A DNA stretch of 25,165 nt from an uncultured bacterium (GCA_965372275.1 CBDVBS010000001.1:1-25165), one strand, 5' to 3'. Positions 7,111 through 17,156 are shown, numbered from the stretch's first letter. The notes: a model not told the origin generated them from the letters alone. Numbers and translations are program-made.

Positions 7111-9762
7111 ATGGAGAAACTTGTATGGGTCTCGCTGATGATCATCCTTATCATCGGCCTCCTTCTCGCACCGGGTTGTGTTTTTGACGATGGAAGTCAA
7201 TCGTCAAAAGAGCTTAAAGCTGCTGTTAAGCGGCTCAAGGATGACGATCCGCTTGTAAGGATCAAGGCGCTTGAAGACCTCTATGCATTGGGCTTAGCAG
7301 GTGATATTCCCGACCCTGGGGAAGTCTTACCACATGTGATCGAACGGTTCGATGACGAAGATCCGTTTGTCAGGGCGTGGGCGTATTCATGCGCACTACC
7401 GGTTGCCGGGATCAATACCAGTTCAATTGTGCTCAAACTGGATAATAAGGAGGAGGATGTCAAGGGAATTATGGAGGAGTTCCCGGGAGTGGGTATGTTG
7501 ATGCCGCACTTGGTAGACGGTCTCAGTGATGACTCGCAGGCTGTTAAGCTTGTTATCGTTCATATATTGCATAACCTGGTCCCCTTTTCAAGAGAAGCCC
7601 TCCCGGGGTTAGTGGAAGTATTCGTTGACCAACGAAACGACGCCCAGGTCGATACCGATCCGGATATTCCCGGCATCACAACAACCGACCTGCGAATGTC
7701 AGCTTTAGCTATCCTTAACCACTTGGGTGATATACCGCTGACAATCAAGCCTGATGTGCTTGATTTCCTCGGCAGCGCAGACCCGGCGCGATGCTCTGCC
7801 GCCTTGGAGGCGTTAAAGCATATCGGTCCGGAAGCCGGGGTTGTTGATGCGATTATTGTATTACTTGACGAAGGAAGAGACGCCGGGGTCTTGAACCGGG
7901 CATTATTGGTGCTTGCCACATATGGCGAGGATGCAATACCCGCTATCCCGGCGGTTGTCAAACTTCTCGATGCCGATATTCAGATGGCACTTGGGGTGAA
8001 TGTTAACATCGCCGTGATATACCTTCTTGGCATCCTCGCAAATTACTCGGATGATGCCGTATCACACTTGATCGAGTTATTTGATGATGATGACGCTGAC
8101 ATCCGATGGAACGCGGTTACGGCGATTAAGGGTGTTGATGCCAAACCGGATGTTCTCGAAGCACTGCTGCGTGCGCTTGACGACGAAGATCCGAAAGTAA
8201 GGGAACAAGCCGCGCAGGCTCTTGGACAATATATTGAAAATTCAGAAATCCTCATCCCGCGTTTGGAAGAACTTGCACTGAATGACAAGAATGAAGACGT
8301 CCGCAGCTCCGCCGGGTTTGCGGTGGAACGGTTGAAGGGTATATACAAATTCCCAACCCAGCCCATTGAAGAGATAGATTTGGAAAAATACAAGGACGAC
8401 CCGGAAGGATTGTTCAAGGAACTGGTCGGTCGGTTTGGTGAAGGGGAATTGTTGGCGAGGCAGTATGCAGTCAATCTACTTGCCGAGCAATTCCCGGAGG
8501 AGGCATACCCGGTTCTGATAAATGCAATAACCGATGCGGACCCGCTGATTAGAGGAGCTGTGCCTGTTGCACTTGGAAAGATCGGCAAAGGGAAGCCCGG
8601 GACACTGCCGGTGTTGTTGGATGCCCTCGAGGATGAGAACAGGGATGTGCGTATAGCAGCCGCGATGGGGATTTGCTTGCTGGAGGATGAAGCGGTACCA
8701 GCGGTACCGGTACTTCTTGAAATGCTGCAGGATGAAGATGAGGTTTTACGTGGCAAGGTAGCCGAAGCCCTTGGGTATGCCGGTGGAATTTCCCCGTATG
8801 AAGTAATCCCGGCGCTGGTTGGGATATTCGCGGACGAGGGAATATACCCGCCATCGCAGGCCGTGATTTCTTTAGCCGCTTACGAAGAATCGGCTGTTCC
8901 ATTATTGATTGAAAACCTGGGGAATGAGGATAAGCGAATCCGGTATCATTCTCTGGAAGCGCTTGCCCTGATTGTTCGGGTGATAGCAGTGGAACAGAAC
9001 TACCCGGATATTGCCGAGCAGGAGGGGAAGTTCGATCCGAGCAAAGTGTACGCCATTAATTTTGAAGTGATGACCCTGAAGGACCGGGCTTTCATTGAAG
9101 AAGCGATACCGTTGATTATAGGGTTCATGAGTGATACCGATGGCGAAACACGTTTCGTCGCGAAGGAGATCGGCATACGTGCGGCACCGGAAGAAACGGC
9201 GATGAAGCTGATCGAATTGCTCGATGATGTAGATATGAGATGCGATGCCATCAGCTTTCTCCGCGAGCTTGAACCGATGCCGAAGGATGCAATCCCGGTG
9301 CTGATCGGCATTATCGAGTCAGGGGAATTTGAGGGCGAGGAACCCGATTTCCCCGAGATGCATTTTACCGAAGAATGTGTTTTCGCATTGGCGGAATACG
9401 GGGTTGATGCCGTCGATGCGATTGAGCCTTTGACCGGGTTGCTCTCATCTAAACACGCGGGAATACGTCACGCCGCCGCGTGGGCGTTGGGCGAATTCGG
9501 ACCCGATGCCGCGAGCGCGGTGGATGCCCTTATTGGCATATTGAATGATGAATCACCGGATGTGCGTTATAACGCGGCGGTTACTCTCGGCAAGATCGGA
9601 CGGCAGGCAACATCGGCATTGCCTAAGATAGTGGAGGCTGCCGCCGACGAGAAATCCAGTAAAGTGCGGAACGCCCTGCAGGAAGCCATACACAAGATTC
9701 TACTTGATGGTGCAGGTTTAAGTGAAACTGATGAGCCGGGGGATGTTGAAGGCGCTGCTTGA
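7111..9762 (+). CDS. HEAT (PBS-lyase-type) repeat lipoprotein
   Basis: Signal peptide with lipobox LAPGC and many L.D.D..VR..A..ALG repeats. Confidence 0.88.
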   Translation: MEKLVWVSLMIILIIGLLLAPGCVFDDGSQSSKELKAAVKRLKDDDPLVRIKALEDLYALGLAGDIPDPGEVLPHVIERFDDEDPFVRAWAYSCALPVAGINTSSIVLKLDNKEEDVKGIMEEFPGVGMLMPHLVDGLSDDSQAVKLVIVHILHNLVPFSREALPGLVEVFVDQRNDAQVDTDPDIPGITTTDLRMSALAILNHLGDIPLTIKPDVLDFLGSADPARCSAALEALKHIGPEAGVVDAIIVLLDEGRDAGVLNRALLVLATYGEDAIPAIPAVVKLLDADIQMALGVNVNIAVIYLLGILANYSDDAVSHLIELFDDDDADIRWNAVTAIKGVDAKPDVLEALLRALDDEDPKVREQAAQALGQYIENSEILIPRLEELALNDKNEDVRSSAGFAVERLKGIYKFPTQPIEEIDLEKYKDDPEGLFKELVGRFGEGELLARQYAVNLLAEQFPEEAYPVLINAITDADPLIRGAVPVALGKIGKGKPGTLPVLLDALEDENRDVRIAAAMGICLLEDEAVPAVPVLLEMLQDEDEVLRGKVAEALGYAGGISPYEVIPALVGIFADEGIYPPSQAVISLAAYEESAVPLLIENLGNEDKRIRYHSLEALALIVRVIAVEQNYPDIAEQEGKFDPSKVYAINFEVMTLKDRAFIEEAIPLIIGFMSDTDGETRFVAKEIGIRAAPEETAMKLIELLDDVDMRCDAISFLRELEPMPKDAIPVLIGIIESGEFEGEEPDFPEMHFTEECVFALAEYGVDAVDAIEPLTGLLSSKHAGIRHAAAWALGEFGPDAASAVDALIGILNDESPDVRYNAAVTLGKIGRQATSALPKIVEAAADEKSSKVRNALQEAIHKILLDGAGLSETDEPGDVEGAA

Positions 9763-9876
9763 AGATTAGTTTGGATTTCACCAGCAACATTTGGGAGTTA
9801 TACTATTTGCCGTATCTTAAACTGTATCTAACTAATTGAACCAAAAAACTCAATCTGCCATAACCGGGAGGTCAGC

Positions 9877-12285
9877 ATGGCACGATATGGCTTCGCTTTC
9901 ATTCTTATCCTCGCGATGGCCTTGTGTGTTTCCTGCTCCGGAAGTGATGGAAATTACTTCACATCGCCCGACGATCACCGGGAATCGGTCGCCGGGCAGG
10001 GGGGAACCATGGTGTGCCTTGGTTCCTGGAATGTGATTGCTTCGAAGGATATCGGTATCCTTGAAGCAACCCCGTTGCGCGGCAGCGACAACATACTGAA
10101 TGTGCTGAGCTTTCTCGAACCACCGGCGCTTACAGGGATGAGTATCGATTTCGACACACTTTTCATCGATTTCGATAACGGCGAATTGAGCGTGGATGTG
10201 ATCCTCACACATCCTCTCAACGATCCGGTGTTCATGGGATTCGATGTACGCGGTGTAGTGTTCGGCCCGAAGGTTGTGAATTCCGATGGTTATACGCCCG
10301 TTATGGCACCGGAGAATTTCGCGGGGGAACCATTTGGATATATTGACGGGATGCTTGGTTCGCCATACAGCTTCGCCGGATATGACGAAGGGATATATGG
10401 CTACAGGTATTTCTGCGACAGCCTGAGCGCTAACGATGATTTACCGGAATTCTTCACGGAAGCCGGTAATCTCGCCAACCGCGGTGTTTTCTCGAACGGT
10501 GAGAAACGACGTCGGTATTACCATCTCGACTGGGAAGGCACCGACTATAACATCCTGGTTTTCAATTATGCCATTTATGCCAATTTCAACTGGCCCGTGG
10601 GAGATCCGCCGATAACGATTGATGATTTCCCAATCAATTCCGCTAACAGCCGGGAAGCGTTCTGTGCTGAAATAACCGAGACGGTTAACGGCCTTTATTA
10701 CGAAGCCGGGATCGGCGGCGGCACGATCAGTTTGGATGTTGAGGTGTGGGACTGGCTGAATGATATCGTGTCTGTCTCGATGAGATCGCTGGAACCGGGA
10801 GTGATTGCCGAAACTCCCGGCACTTACGACGGCCCGGGTTCCACCGCCTATTCGAGCATGTATTCATTCTCGAATGTTCCGGCTGTCCCGACGTCACCGG
10901 GAGACCTCGATATTGTAATAACCGTCACCGACCCGGTAACATTCGGCGAAGCATGGTTCCTTGATTTGCTGAGCACAACTCATCCGATGTATGACGTGCA
11001 GCTTTACAACTGCTTCATTCACACCGCCAATGTGGCCGAATGCCCTCCGCCAATTGTGACCGGGATCGATCCCGATGCAGGCTGGGCCGGTCAGATTGTT
11101 GATGCAACCGTCACCGGGACATTTATCGACGGCCCATCCCTTGGCGTGAGGCTTTCGATGACGGGTGAGGATGATATCTACGGAACGGATGTCGTAATGG
11201 TTGGCGATGATATCGAATGCACATTTAACCTTGACGGAGCGGCGGACGGTGACTGGACCGTGGTGGTGACCAACGGATGCGGGTCTGAGGGGTACCTGGC
11301 CGACGGCTTTTCTGTTGGAAGCTGTGAGGGGCATAACGAGTGCCCGTCGGGTTCGCACAGCGTTGCGAATCATTTTCAGAATTTCATTCATTACCCCAAC
11401 AGAGGCACTACCGCAACAAGGAATTCAGACACGCAATACTTGATCTGCACAGGATTTAAAAATACAATCGAGCACAGAATAATTGCGTATATTCCCGGGG
11501 AGACCACTTTCTCATTCCTTTCGGCAATAATGGGGCCTTATACAAGCGCCGGCGAACTTCCGAGTTGCATGGCGGCTGATTCCAATGACCGCATCTATTA
11601 CCGTGCCGGTGATGAAGCCGGCCGCCTGCAGTATATCGATTTTGACGGCACCACCGGTTTCGGGCCGATAGATCAGGAGTTCGGATGGCCCGTCCCGTGG
11701 GGTAGCATACGGCGCGTGGCGATTGATAACGATGATTATCCGCATGTGCTGTGCTACAGTGGCACAACGTTCAGAATTTACCCGTGGGACGGCACTGACT
11801 GGGGGACATATATCAGCGTCCCGACTCAGATTATGAGCGAGAATGGAAATGACTATAGAAATATAAACGACTTCGATCTCAACCCCATTACTGGTGATTA
11901 CATCATCACCACCTACTACAATCCGCCGAAATTCTATGCCATTAACACGAGCGGGGTTATCGTGTTCTCGGATGATGATATCTGGGAGGCCGGTATAACT
12001 GAAGCCATGTATGCGGGGATATATATCGACAGGGACAATCCCGGATGCCGGTTCATTCTGAGTGGTACACCGTATATTGCAGGGACTGAACCGAATTACG
12101 GTGAGGCATACTTCGCTCGATGCAATCCCCTGTATGGTGAGTGGACATATTCCACACTGCCTGAAGGCGATTACCCGTTTGAGGATGGTCTTGGTTCTGT
12201 TGTAAATGTTGACGGCACTTACTACTTTTGCGGGACGACATCCTATCGCTGGCATTCGGCTTACATCGAAGTCCCGGAGTGGTAA
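9877..12285 (+). CDS. Large lipoprotein: uncharacterised N-terminal domain, IPT/TIG-like domain, probable beta-propeller C-terminus
   Basis: Lipobox LCVSC; N-terminal similarity to 1..776; PPPIVTGIDPDAG...VTGT...WTVVVTN TIG-like segment; GGAGG RBS. Confidence 0.8.
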   Translation: MARYGFAFILILAMALCVSCSGSDGNYFTSPDDHRESVAGQGGTMVCLGSWNVIASKDIGILEATPLRGSDNILNVLSFLEPPALTGMSIDFDTLFIDFDNGELSVDVILTHPLNDPVFMGFDVRGVVFGPKVVNSDGYTPVMAPENFAGEPFGYIDGMLGSPYSFAGYDEGIYGYRYFCDSLSANDDLPEFFTEAGNLANRGVFSNGEKRRRYYHLDWEGTDYNILVFNYAIYANFNWPVGDPPITIDDFPINSANSREAFCAEITETVNGLYYEAGIGGGTISLDVEVWDWLNDIVSVSMRSLEPGVIAETPGTYDGPGSTAYSSMYSFSNVPAVPTSPGDLDIVITVTDPVTFGEAWFLDLLSTTHPMYDVQLYNCFIHTANVAECPPPIVTGIDPDAGWAGQIVDATVTGTFIDGPSLGVRLSMTGEDDIYGTDVVMVGDDIECTFNLDGAADGDWTVVVTNGCGSEGYLADGFSVGSCEGHNECPSGSHSVANHFQNFIHYPNRGTTATRNSDTQYLICTGFKNTIEHRIIAYIPGETTFSFLSAIMGPYTSAGELPSCMAADSNDRIYYRAGDEAGRLQYIDFDGTTGFGPIDQEFGWPVPWGSIRRVAIDNDDYPHVLCYSGTTFRIYPWDGTDWGTYISVPTQIMSENGNDYRNINDFDLNPITGDYIITTYYNPPKFYAINTSGVIVFSDDDIWEAGITEAMYAGIYIDRDNPGCRFILSGTPYIAGTEPNYGEAYFARCNPLYGEWTYSTLPEGDYPFEDGLGSVVNVDGTYYFCGTTSYRWHSAYIEVPEW

Positions 12286-12353
12286 GCCGCATTGTTGCAG
12301 GCATATCACGTTTTCGGACAGTGAAATGATCGATATTCTTTTTTGAATTAACG

Positions 12354-12380
12354 GGCAGGCTTTCGGGCCTGCCTTTCTTT
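12354..12380 (+). terminator. Rho-independent terminator
   Basis: GGCAGGC-TTTCGG-GCCTGCC-TTTCTTT downstream of the stop at 12285. Confidence 0.8.
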
Positions 12381-12482
12381 ATCTTATTTATGACAAGGCG
12401 ATCTCAATCATGTATTGAACTTACTGATAATGTATAATGTCTGATAGTTGCCCACGCTTCCCATAAGGAATGGAGATATTTC

Positions 12483-14441
12483 ATGCTCCGATGGAATGCA
12501 ATACTGATAATGCTGTACATCGTGCTTATTTTCATTTTCGCAGGATGTTCCGGCGATAAACCGAGGTACAAATTTGTGACTCCTCCATGCCTGAATTTGC
12601 AGCCAAGGCATATCACAATCAGAGGAGACTATGCATTCATCACGGGAGGTTACGGCGGATTTCATATATTGGACGTCTCCGATCCGGAAAATCCGGTAAA
12701 TATAAGAACCATCGAATTTCCTGGTGAAGCCCTTCAAGCTGCATTCTATGGTGACCTGGTATTTGTCCGCTGTGATCGTGGAGGATTTTTGTATGCTATT
12801 GATATTTCATCACCGGAGGATGCATATGAGAAATATACATCCCCAAATATGCCGGACATAGACCGGGAACTGTTGGCCGTGGATGGACGATATGCATACT
12901 TGAGTGGTTCAAGCCGGGAGCGTTATTTTTACCCGGACAGGCTTTACATCTTCGATCACACAAACAGGAAACCGAGGGGATCCGGCCAAGGGAGTTTTGT
13001 GGGTCCTTTGTTGACGGTGACAATTCCAATGTCTGTACGATCTGCAACTGTCTCAGAGGGTTATGCTTATGTGACCGAAGAGGGTGTCGGTTTCCATGTA
13101 ATTGATATTGAGCCGCTTGAAGAATGGAGCATTGTTAAAACCGTGAATATTGGCGGTACTGCAAAGCAAATTGAACTGCATGGGAGTTATGCATTTGTTC
13201 CCGAGGGAGAGAAAGGCCTTCATGTTATTGATATAAGTCGTCCTGAGTCGGCAACCATAATAGAGACGATTGATATAACGGCGAATCACGTTGTCTATGC
13301 AAACGGAAGTCTTTATGTATCCGGTGATAATTTTCTTAACATTATCGATATATCGACTCCCGGGTCGTTTGTGTTAGAGCGGACAATGCCCAAGGATGGG
13401 CTGTCGGGAGAGTTCGCCGTTTCAGGTGGATACCTGTTTTTTGCAAACCAATCAGGCAGGCTTGAAATATCTAATATTGATGAACCTGAAGGATTTAACC
13501 GGCAAATTGGTTCTCCACATATTGCAAATGGGGTGGCGGTGGAAAACGGGTATGCCTATGTCGCTGACTCTGCGGTTGAATTGCAGATTTACGATATCGA
13601 CCCTTTTGATTCGGCTCATTTCGTGCAAGCAGTGGGCTTACCGGTGTTTGTCAATGGAGAATTCAAGTCTGCTGATGCCACGGAAGGATTTCAGAGTGCT
13701 CAAAACCGTGGGATGCATTCTGAGTGTCAGCTTTTAGATAAGAGGAACGTCAAGTTGCATGATGGATATGCCTATGTTGTTGATCCATATCAGGGGTTGT
13801 TCATAATAAATGTCGAGGATCCGGAGTCAGCATCGCTTGTGAAGGGCATTAGAATCCCTGGTTCGCCAATGGATATTGCTTTTTATGATGGTTATGCTTA
13901 TGTCGCGGGTGAACAGGGCGGTATGTGTATTGTGGATGTAAATATACCGGCTGATGCGGAGTTAATTTCAATCTTCGAAGAGACGGTATATGCCGTTGAT
14001 GTTTGCGACGGTCTGCTTTATGCAACGACAAACACAAGTTTCCTTATCATGGATTTAACAAGCCCGGTAACGCCCCGGGTTGTTAAAGAAGTCGGCTATA
14101 ACATCGTTGGCATAGATTGTGCGATCTGTAACGGCTATGCATACCTGATTAATGCCGTTGGTAAGCAGGTGTTTATAGACATTGCCCCCGTAGCTGATGC
14201 ACACATTATCGGTTACCGGGAGTATCCCGAATATGCATACGGAATTACAACTGATGGCGAATTCATTTACGTTTTGCAGGGTGGCGGTGTCCATATGATG
14301 AAAATTGACGATAATGGATACGCCGTTAAAGCATTGGAATTCGGCGGACGATATGTGGCTTGTGACCTGGCAATTTATGAGGGGATGTATTTCATTGCGG
14401 ACGGCACATCGGGTTTGAACGTGATTGAGCTTCTTGATTGA
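12483..14441 (+). CDS. LVIVD-repeat lipoprotein (beta-propeller)
   Basis: Lipobox FAGC; repeated GxYAYV...GL.I.DI..P units; GGAG RBS. Confidence 0.88.
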   Translation: MLRWNAILIMLYIVLIFIFAGCSGDKPRYKFVTPPCLNLQPRHITIRGDYAFITGGYGGFHILDVSDPENPVNIRTIEFPGEALQAAFYGDLVFVRCDRGGFLYAIDISSPEDAYEKYTSPNMPDIDRELLAVDGRYAYLSGSSRERYFYPDRLYIFDHTNRKPRGSGQGSFVGPLLTVTIPMSVRSATVSEGYAYVTEEGVGFHVIDIEPLEEWSIVKTVNIGGTAKQIELHGSYAFVPEGEKGLHVIDISRPESATIIETIDITANHVVYANGSLYVSGDNFLNIIDISTPGSFVLERTMPKDGLSGEFAVSGGYLFFANQSGRLEISNIDEPEGFNRQIGSPHIANGVAVENGYAYVADSAVELQIYDIDPFDSAHFVQAVGLPVFVNGEFKSADATEGFQSAQNRGMHSECQLLDKRNVKLHDGYAYVVDPYQGLFIINVEDPESASLVKGIRIPGSPMDIAFYDGYAYVAGEQGGMCIVDVNIPADAELISIFEETVYAVDVCDGLLYATTNTSFLIMDLTSPVTPRVVKEVGYNIVGIDCAICNGYAYLINAVGKQVFIDIAPVADAHIIGYREYPEYAYGITTDGEFIYVLQGGGVHMMKIDDNGYAVKALEFGGRYVACDLAIYEGMYFIADGTSGLNVIELLD

Positions 14442-14462
14442 TCAACACCTGGTTGGTTTATT

Positions 14463-15623
14463 CTATTTCCCCCACAAGCCCCCGCGTTTGATGTTATTGC
14501 CACCTTCATCCGAAGATGGGACAATCACTACTGCATTTGGGACCTGACGCGATGGGGACGGCACGCTTACGCCGTCTATCCACATTCCCGATGACCCGCC
14601 GCCGTCAAGGCCGATTGCCTCGCGTACGTTGAGGTCGATCAGAAGATCGCCAAGCTGGGTGAATGTGAGCCCCGTGCCGCGCGTGGTCACGAAAAGCAGT
14701 TCATTGTTCCATGTAAGACAAAGGCAGGAACGGTTGGTTGCGGCGAGTACGTTCGATGAGAATCTGTACTCATCGGAGAAATCGCGGGCCCATCCTTCCT
14801 CGATAAACATCGGACCGCCGGTGAGCATATGTTTCACCGACTCCTTCTCGCCATGGAAATCATAGATCATCCCAACGTCGAGGCCATCAATGAAGCGCTC
14901 AGCGGCTTTCTGCCATACACCACGGAATGCAATGACGAAGCCGTTTTCGGGGATACCGGTTTCCCCTGATGAACTTCGTCCCACGACCAGACCGTTATCG
15001 ATCTGGATCTCCGTCGAGTCGGCTGCCGGAGTCAACTCACCCCAGAAACGGTTGTAGATATGGACGGCATCCTTCATTCCGCCGGGAGGTATATTCATCG
15101 CATGTATCGGGATCGGTTCGTAATAGTCTGACGGATCAAGGAATGCATCGATCGTGAGAACATCGAGCATGACCTCGCCATCCCCGTCAACGATGAAGCA
15201 TCCCCGGTTGAAATCGGAGTGGGAGAGCAGATCCCCATTGATAATGAGTTCGCCGACGGGGAGTTTTCGGCCGTATTGATCGAAGAAAAACCCGCCGTTG
15301 ATTGCAGCGATGGCGCATTCCGATGTGGCGATATCGGCAAGATTGGCGGAACTTTTTATTCTTCCGCCTTCGAGCGCGGGGCGTACTTCGATGCTTTCAT
15401 CGTCGAGCCTGATTTTCACCACGTACAGCTCGACACCCGCGCCGGAAGGGAGGGTACGGTGGTAGTGGATGTAACGTACTGATGGGTCGATGAGGATTTT
15501 TTCATCGACTATTCCTTCCCTCGTGGACAGGGACGATGCCGGATTCTGAATAAGGAGAAAGGAGATCAGTAAAATGAAAGAGAATATATATTTGGTGTAC
15601 TTCATATTTTCGCTATACCGCAC
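14463..15623 (-). CDS. Secreted phosphodiester glycosidase (NAGPA/DUF2233) family protein
   Basis: AAINGGFF, GGPM, AIGLDGGGSS, RQVPNAVVI motifs; signal peptide. The true start may be the MKYTK methionine a few codons downstream. Confidence 0.85.
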   Translation of the reverse strand: MRYSENMKYTKYIFSFILLISFLLIQNPASSLSTREGIVDEKILIDPSVRYIHYHRTLPSGAGVELYVVKIRLDDESIEVRPALEGGRIKSSANLADIATSECAIAAINGGFFFDQYGRKLPVGELIINGDLLSHSDFNRGCFIVDGDGEVMLDVLTIDAFLDPSDYYEPIPIHAMNIPPGGMKDAVHIYNRFWGELTPAADSTEIQIDNGLVVGRSSSGETGIPENGFVIAFRGVWQKAAERFIDGLDVGMIYDFHGEKESVKHMLTGGPMFIEEGWARDFSDEYRFSSNVLAATNRSCLCLTWNNELLFVTTRGTGLTFTQLGDLLIDLNVREAIGLDGGGSSGMWIDGVSVPSPSRQVPNAVVIVPSSDEGGNNIKRGGLWGK

Positions 15624-16613
15624 TTACCTCAAGAACCCGATCACCTCTTCGAGTTCATCGTAGTTGATGACGCGGTTCGCTCCGAGGTAAGTATCGGGTG
15701 GCGCCGGATGCACATCAAGTATCAATCCGTCCGCGCCTGCAGCGTATGCGGCAAGACTCTGGCGTATGACCTCGATCGATGACGATGCCACCGCCGATGG
15801 GTAGGCCAGCACCGGGAACGGACTTGATTCCTTCATGGCAATTAACGCTCGAATGTCAAGGGTTGCGCCGCCGGGGGACAGGGCGCTCCGGCTTCCGGCT
15901 TCGATGAGGGCGATCTTCGCGAGGCCGTCGGCGGCAAGCATCTCGGCTGCGTCGAGGAATTCACCGACGGTGTAACGCTGGTCGCGTATGATGAACACCG
16001 GCCTGGATGACTTGGCGAGTTTTTCGCGAAGCACCTGGTCGCCGGTGTCGGCGGTGTCGATGATAAGCGCGTCGGAGGCATCTAATAATTCCACCATGTG
16101 GTCACGGCTCAGAAGGGGGGCAAGATGGGGCATAAGAAATTTATCATGCAATTGGCCGTTGATTTTGAGTGCGCGTTCTATGGAGACATCCCATTGAAGT
16201 TTATGGTCCGGCCTGTAGCCGGAACCCTTGAATGCGCTGACGCCCATGCGGGAGAGGTCGTTCAGGATCGAAACAGCGTTTTGGTAAGTATCGAGGTAGG
16301 GTGGTCCGGCAATGAGTGCCGGTTTCTGTTTCGTGCCGATTTTCAGATCACCGATCTTGATGTAGCTCTCGACAATTTCGTCGGTGGCGGGATGCGGCTT
16401 CGGTTCGAATTGCACTTCGGTGACCGCTGGAAGGTGCGCGATACGCCGCCCGAATTCCCATCGTTTGTCATAGGAGCCGGACTTGATGATGAGAAGGCTT
16501 ATATCCCCTTCGCTCAGAAGCTCGTAGGTGAATTTCTCGGCAATGCAGCGCTGGGGGACATCGCTGATGTCATCGAGTGTTGCATTTTTGCTGAAGATGA
16601 TAAGCATCTGCAC
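15624..16613 (-). CDS. DAH7P synthase (type I-beta, AroF-like) homologue with N-terminal regulatory-domain-like region; catalytic residues degenerate
   Basis: Scaffold motifs IKIGDLKIG...LIAGP, G...FKGSGYRP, SRPVFIIR, A.A.GADGLILDVHP.P are recognisable, but the metal and substrate ligands are replaced. Confidence 0.75.
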   Translation of the reverse strand: MQMLIIFSKNATLDDISDVPQRCIAEKFTYELLSEGDISLLIIKSGSYDKRWEFGRRIAHLPAVTEVQFEPKPHPATDEIVESYIKIGDLKIGTKQKPALIAGPPYLDTYQNAVSILNDLSRMGVSAFKGSGYRPDHKLQWDVSIERALKINGQLHDKFLMPHLAPLLSRDHMVELLDASDALIIDTADTGDQVLREKLAKSSRPVFIIRDQRYTVGEFLDAAEMLAADGLAKIALIEAGSRSALSPGGATLDIRALIAMKESSPFPVLAYPSAVASSSIEVIRQSLAAYAAGADGLILDVHPAPPDTYLGANRVINYDELEEVIGFLR

Positions 16614-16700
16614 ACCTTTTTATTTGGTGGGGCTATTTTAACCTATTAATTGGGGGGATGGTAATCCGCGTTCGGGATTCGTCTTTCACCATCTCCTGTC

Positions 16701-16868
16701 CGGGTGGCACCCTTCTGTCTTCAGAAGGGTGGTTGCACAAAACCCCCAACAGACAAACAGCTAATCATCAGGATAGCAGCTACTCGGGTGGCACCCTTCT
16801 GTCTTCAGAAGGGTGGTTGCGCAAACCCCCCAACAGACAAACAGCTAATCATCAGGATAGCAGCTACT
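16701..16868 (+). repeat. 84-bp tandem duplication, each unit starting with a family I REP hairpin
   Basis: 16701-16784 and 16785-16868 differ at 2 positions; stem CACCCTTCTG-TCTT-CAGAAGGGTG. Confidence 0.92.
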
Positions 16869-16918
16869 TTCCGAAGACGGAAAGATAGCAGCTACCTTCA
16901 CTGCGAGTGATTGATGGA

Positions 16919-16960
16919 GACCACCCTTTTGTTCGAAGACTCCAAAAGGGTGCCACCCGG
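16919..16960 (-). repeat. Family I REP palindrome, inverted relative to 16701 and 16785
   Basis: The minus strand reads CCGGGTGG-CACCCTTTTG-GAGTCTTCGAA-CAAAAGGGTG. Confidence 0.85.
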
Positions 16961-17039
16961 AATGTGGACGGTTTTTTACATGGCGGGTTGAAAACAGCCG
17001 GGTTTAAAGTCGTGTCATATGCTATAAGAATTGAGATTT

Positions 17040-17135
17040 ATTTCCCGGCATCAGAATGCCGGGTTACATGAAATTTCCCGGCATCGGAATGCCGGGTTAC
17101 ATGAAATTTCCCGGCATCAGAATGCCGGGTTACAT
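17040..17135 (-). repeat. Three tandem 33-bp units of a family II REP-like hairpin
   Basis: ATTTCCCGGCATC(A/G)GAATGCCGGGTTACATGAA x3 (third unit truncated); the minus strand reads GTAA-CCCGGCAT-TC(T/C)G-ATGCCGGG. Confidence 0.92.
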
Positions 17136-17156
17136 TAGTAAAGACCCTATTTGGAT

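Noticed and set aside
16658-16910. Small ORFs 16658..16888 and 16704..16910 with internal peptide repeats
   Set aside because: They are by-products of the 84-bp (in-frame) repeat and lack an RBS or protein-like features.
16701-16960. CRISPR-like array (36-nt palindromic repeat plus spacer)
   Set aside because: The two putative spacers are near-identical (a tandem duplication), there are only two direct repeats, and no cas genes are present.
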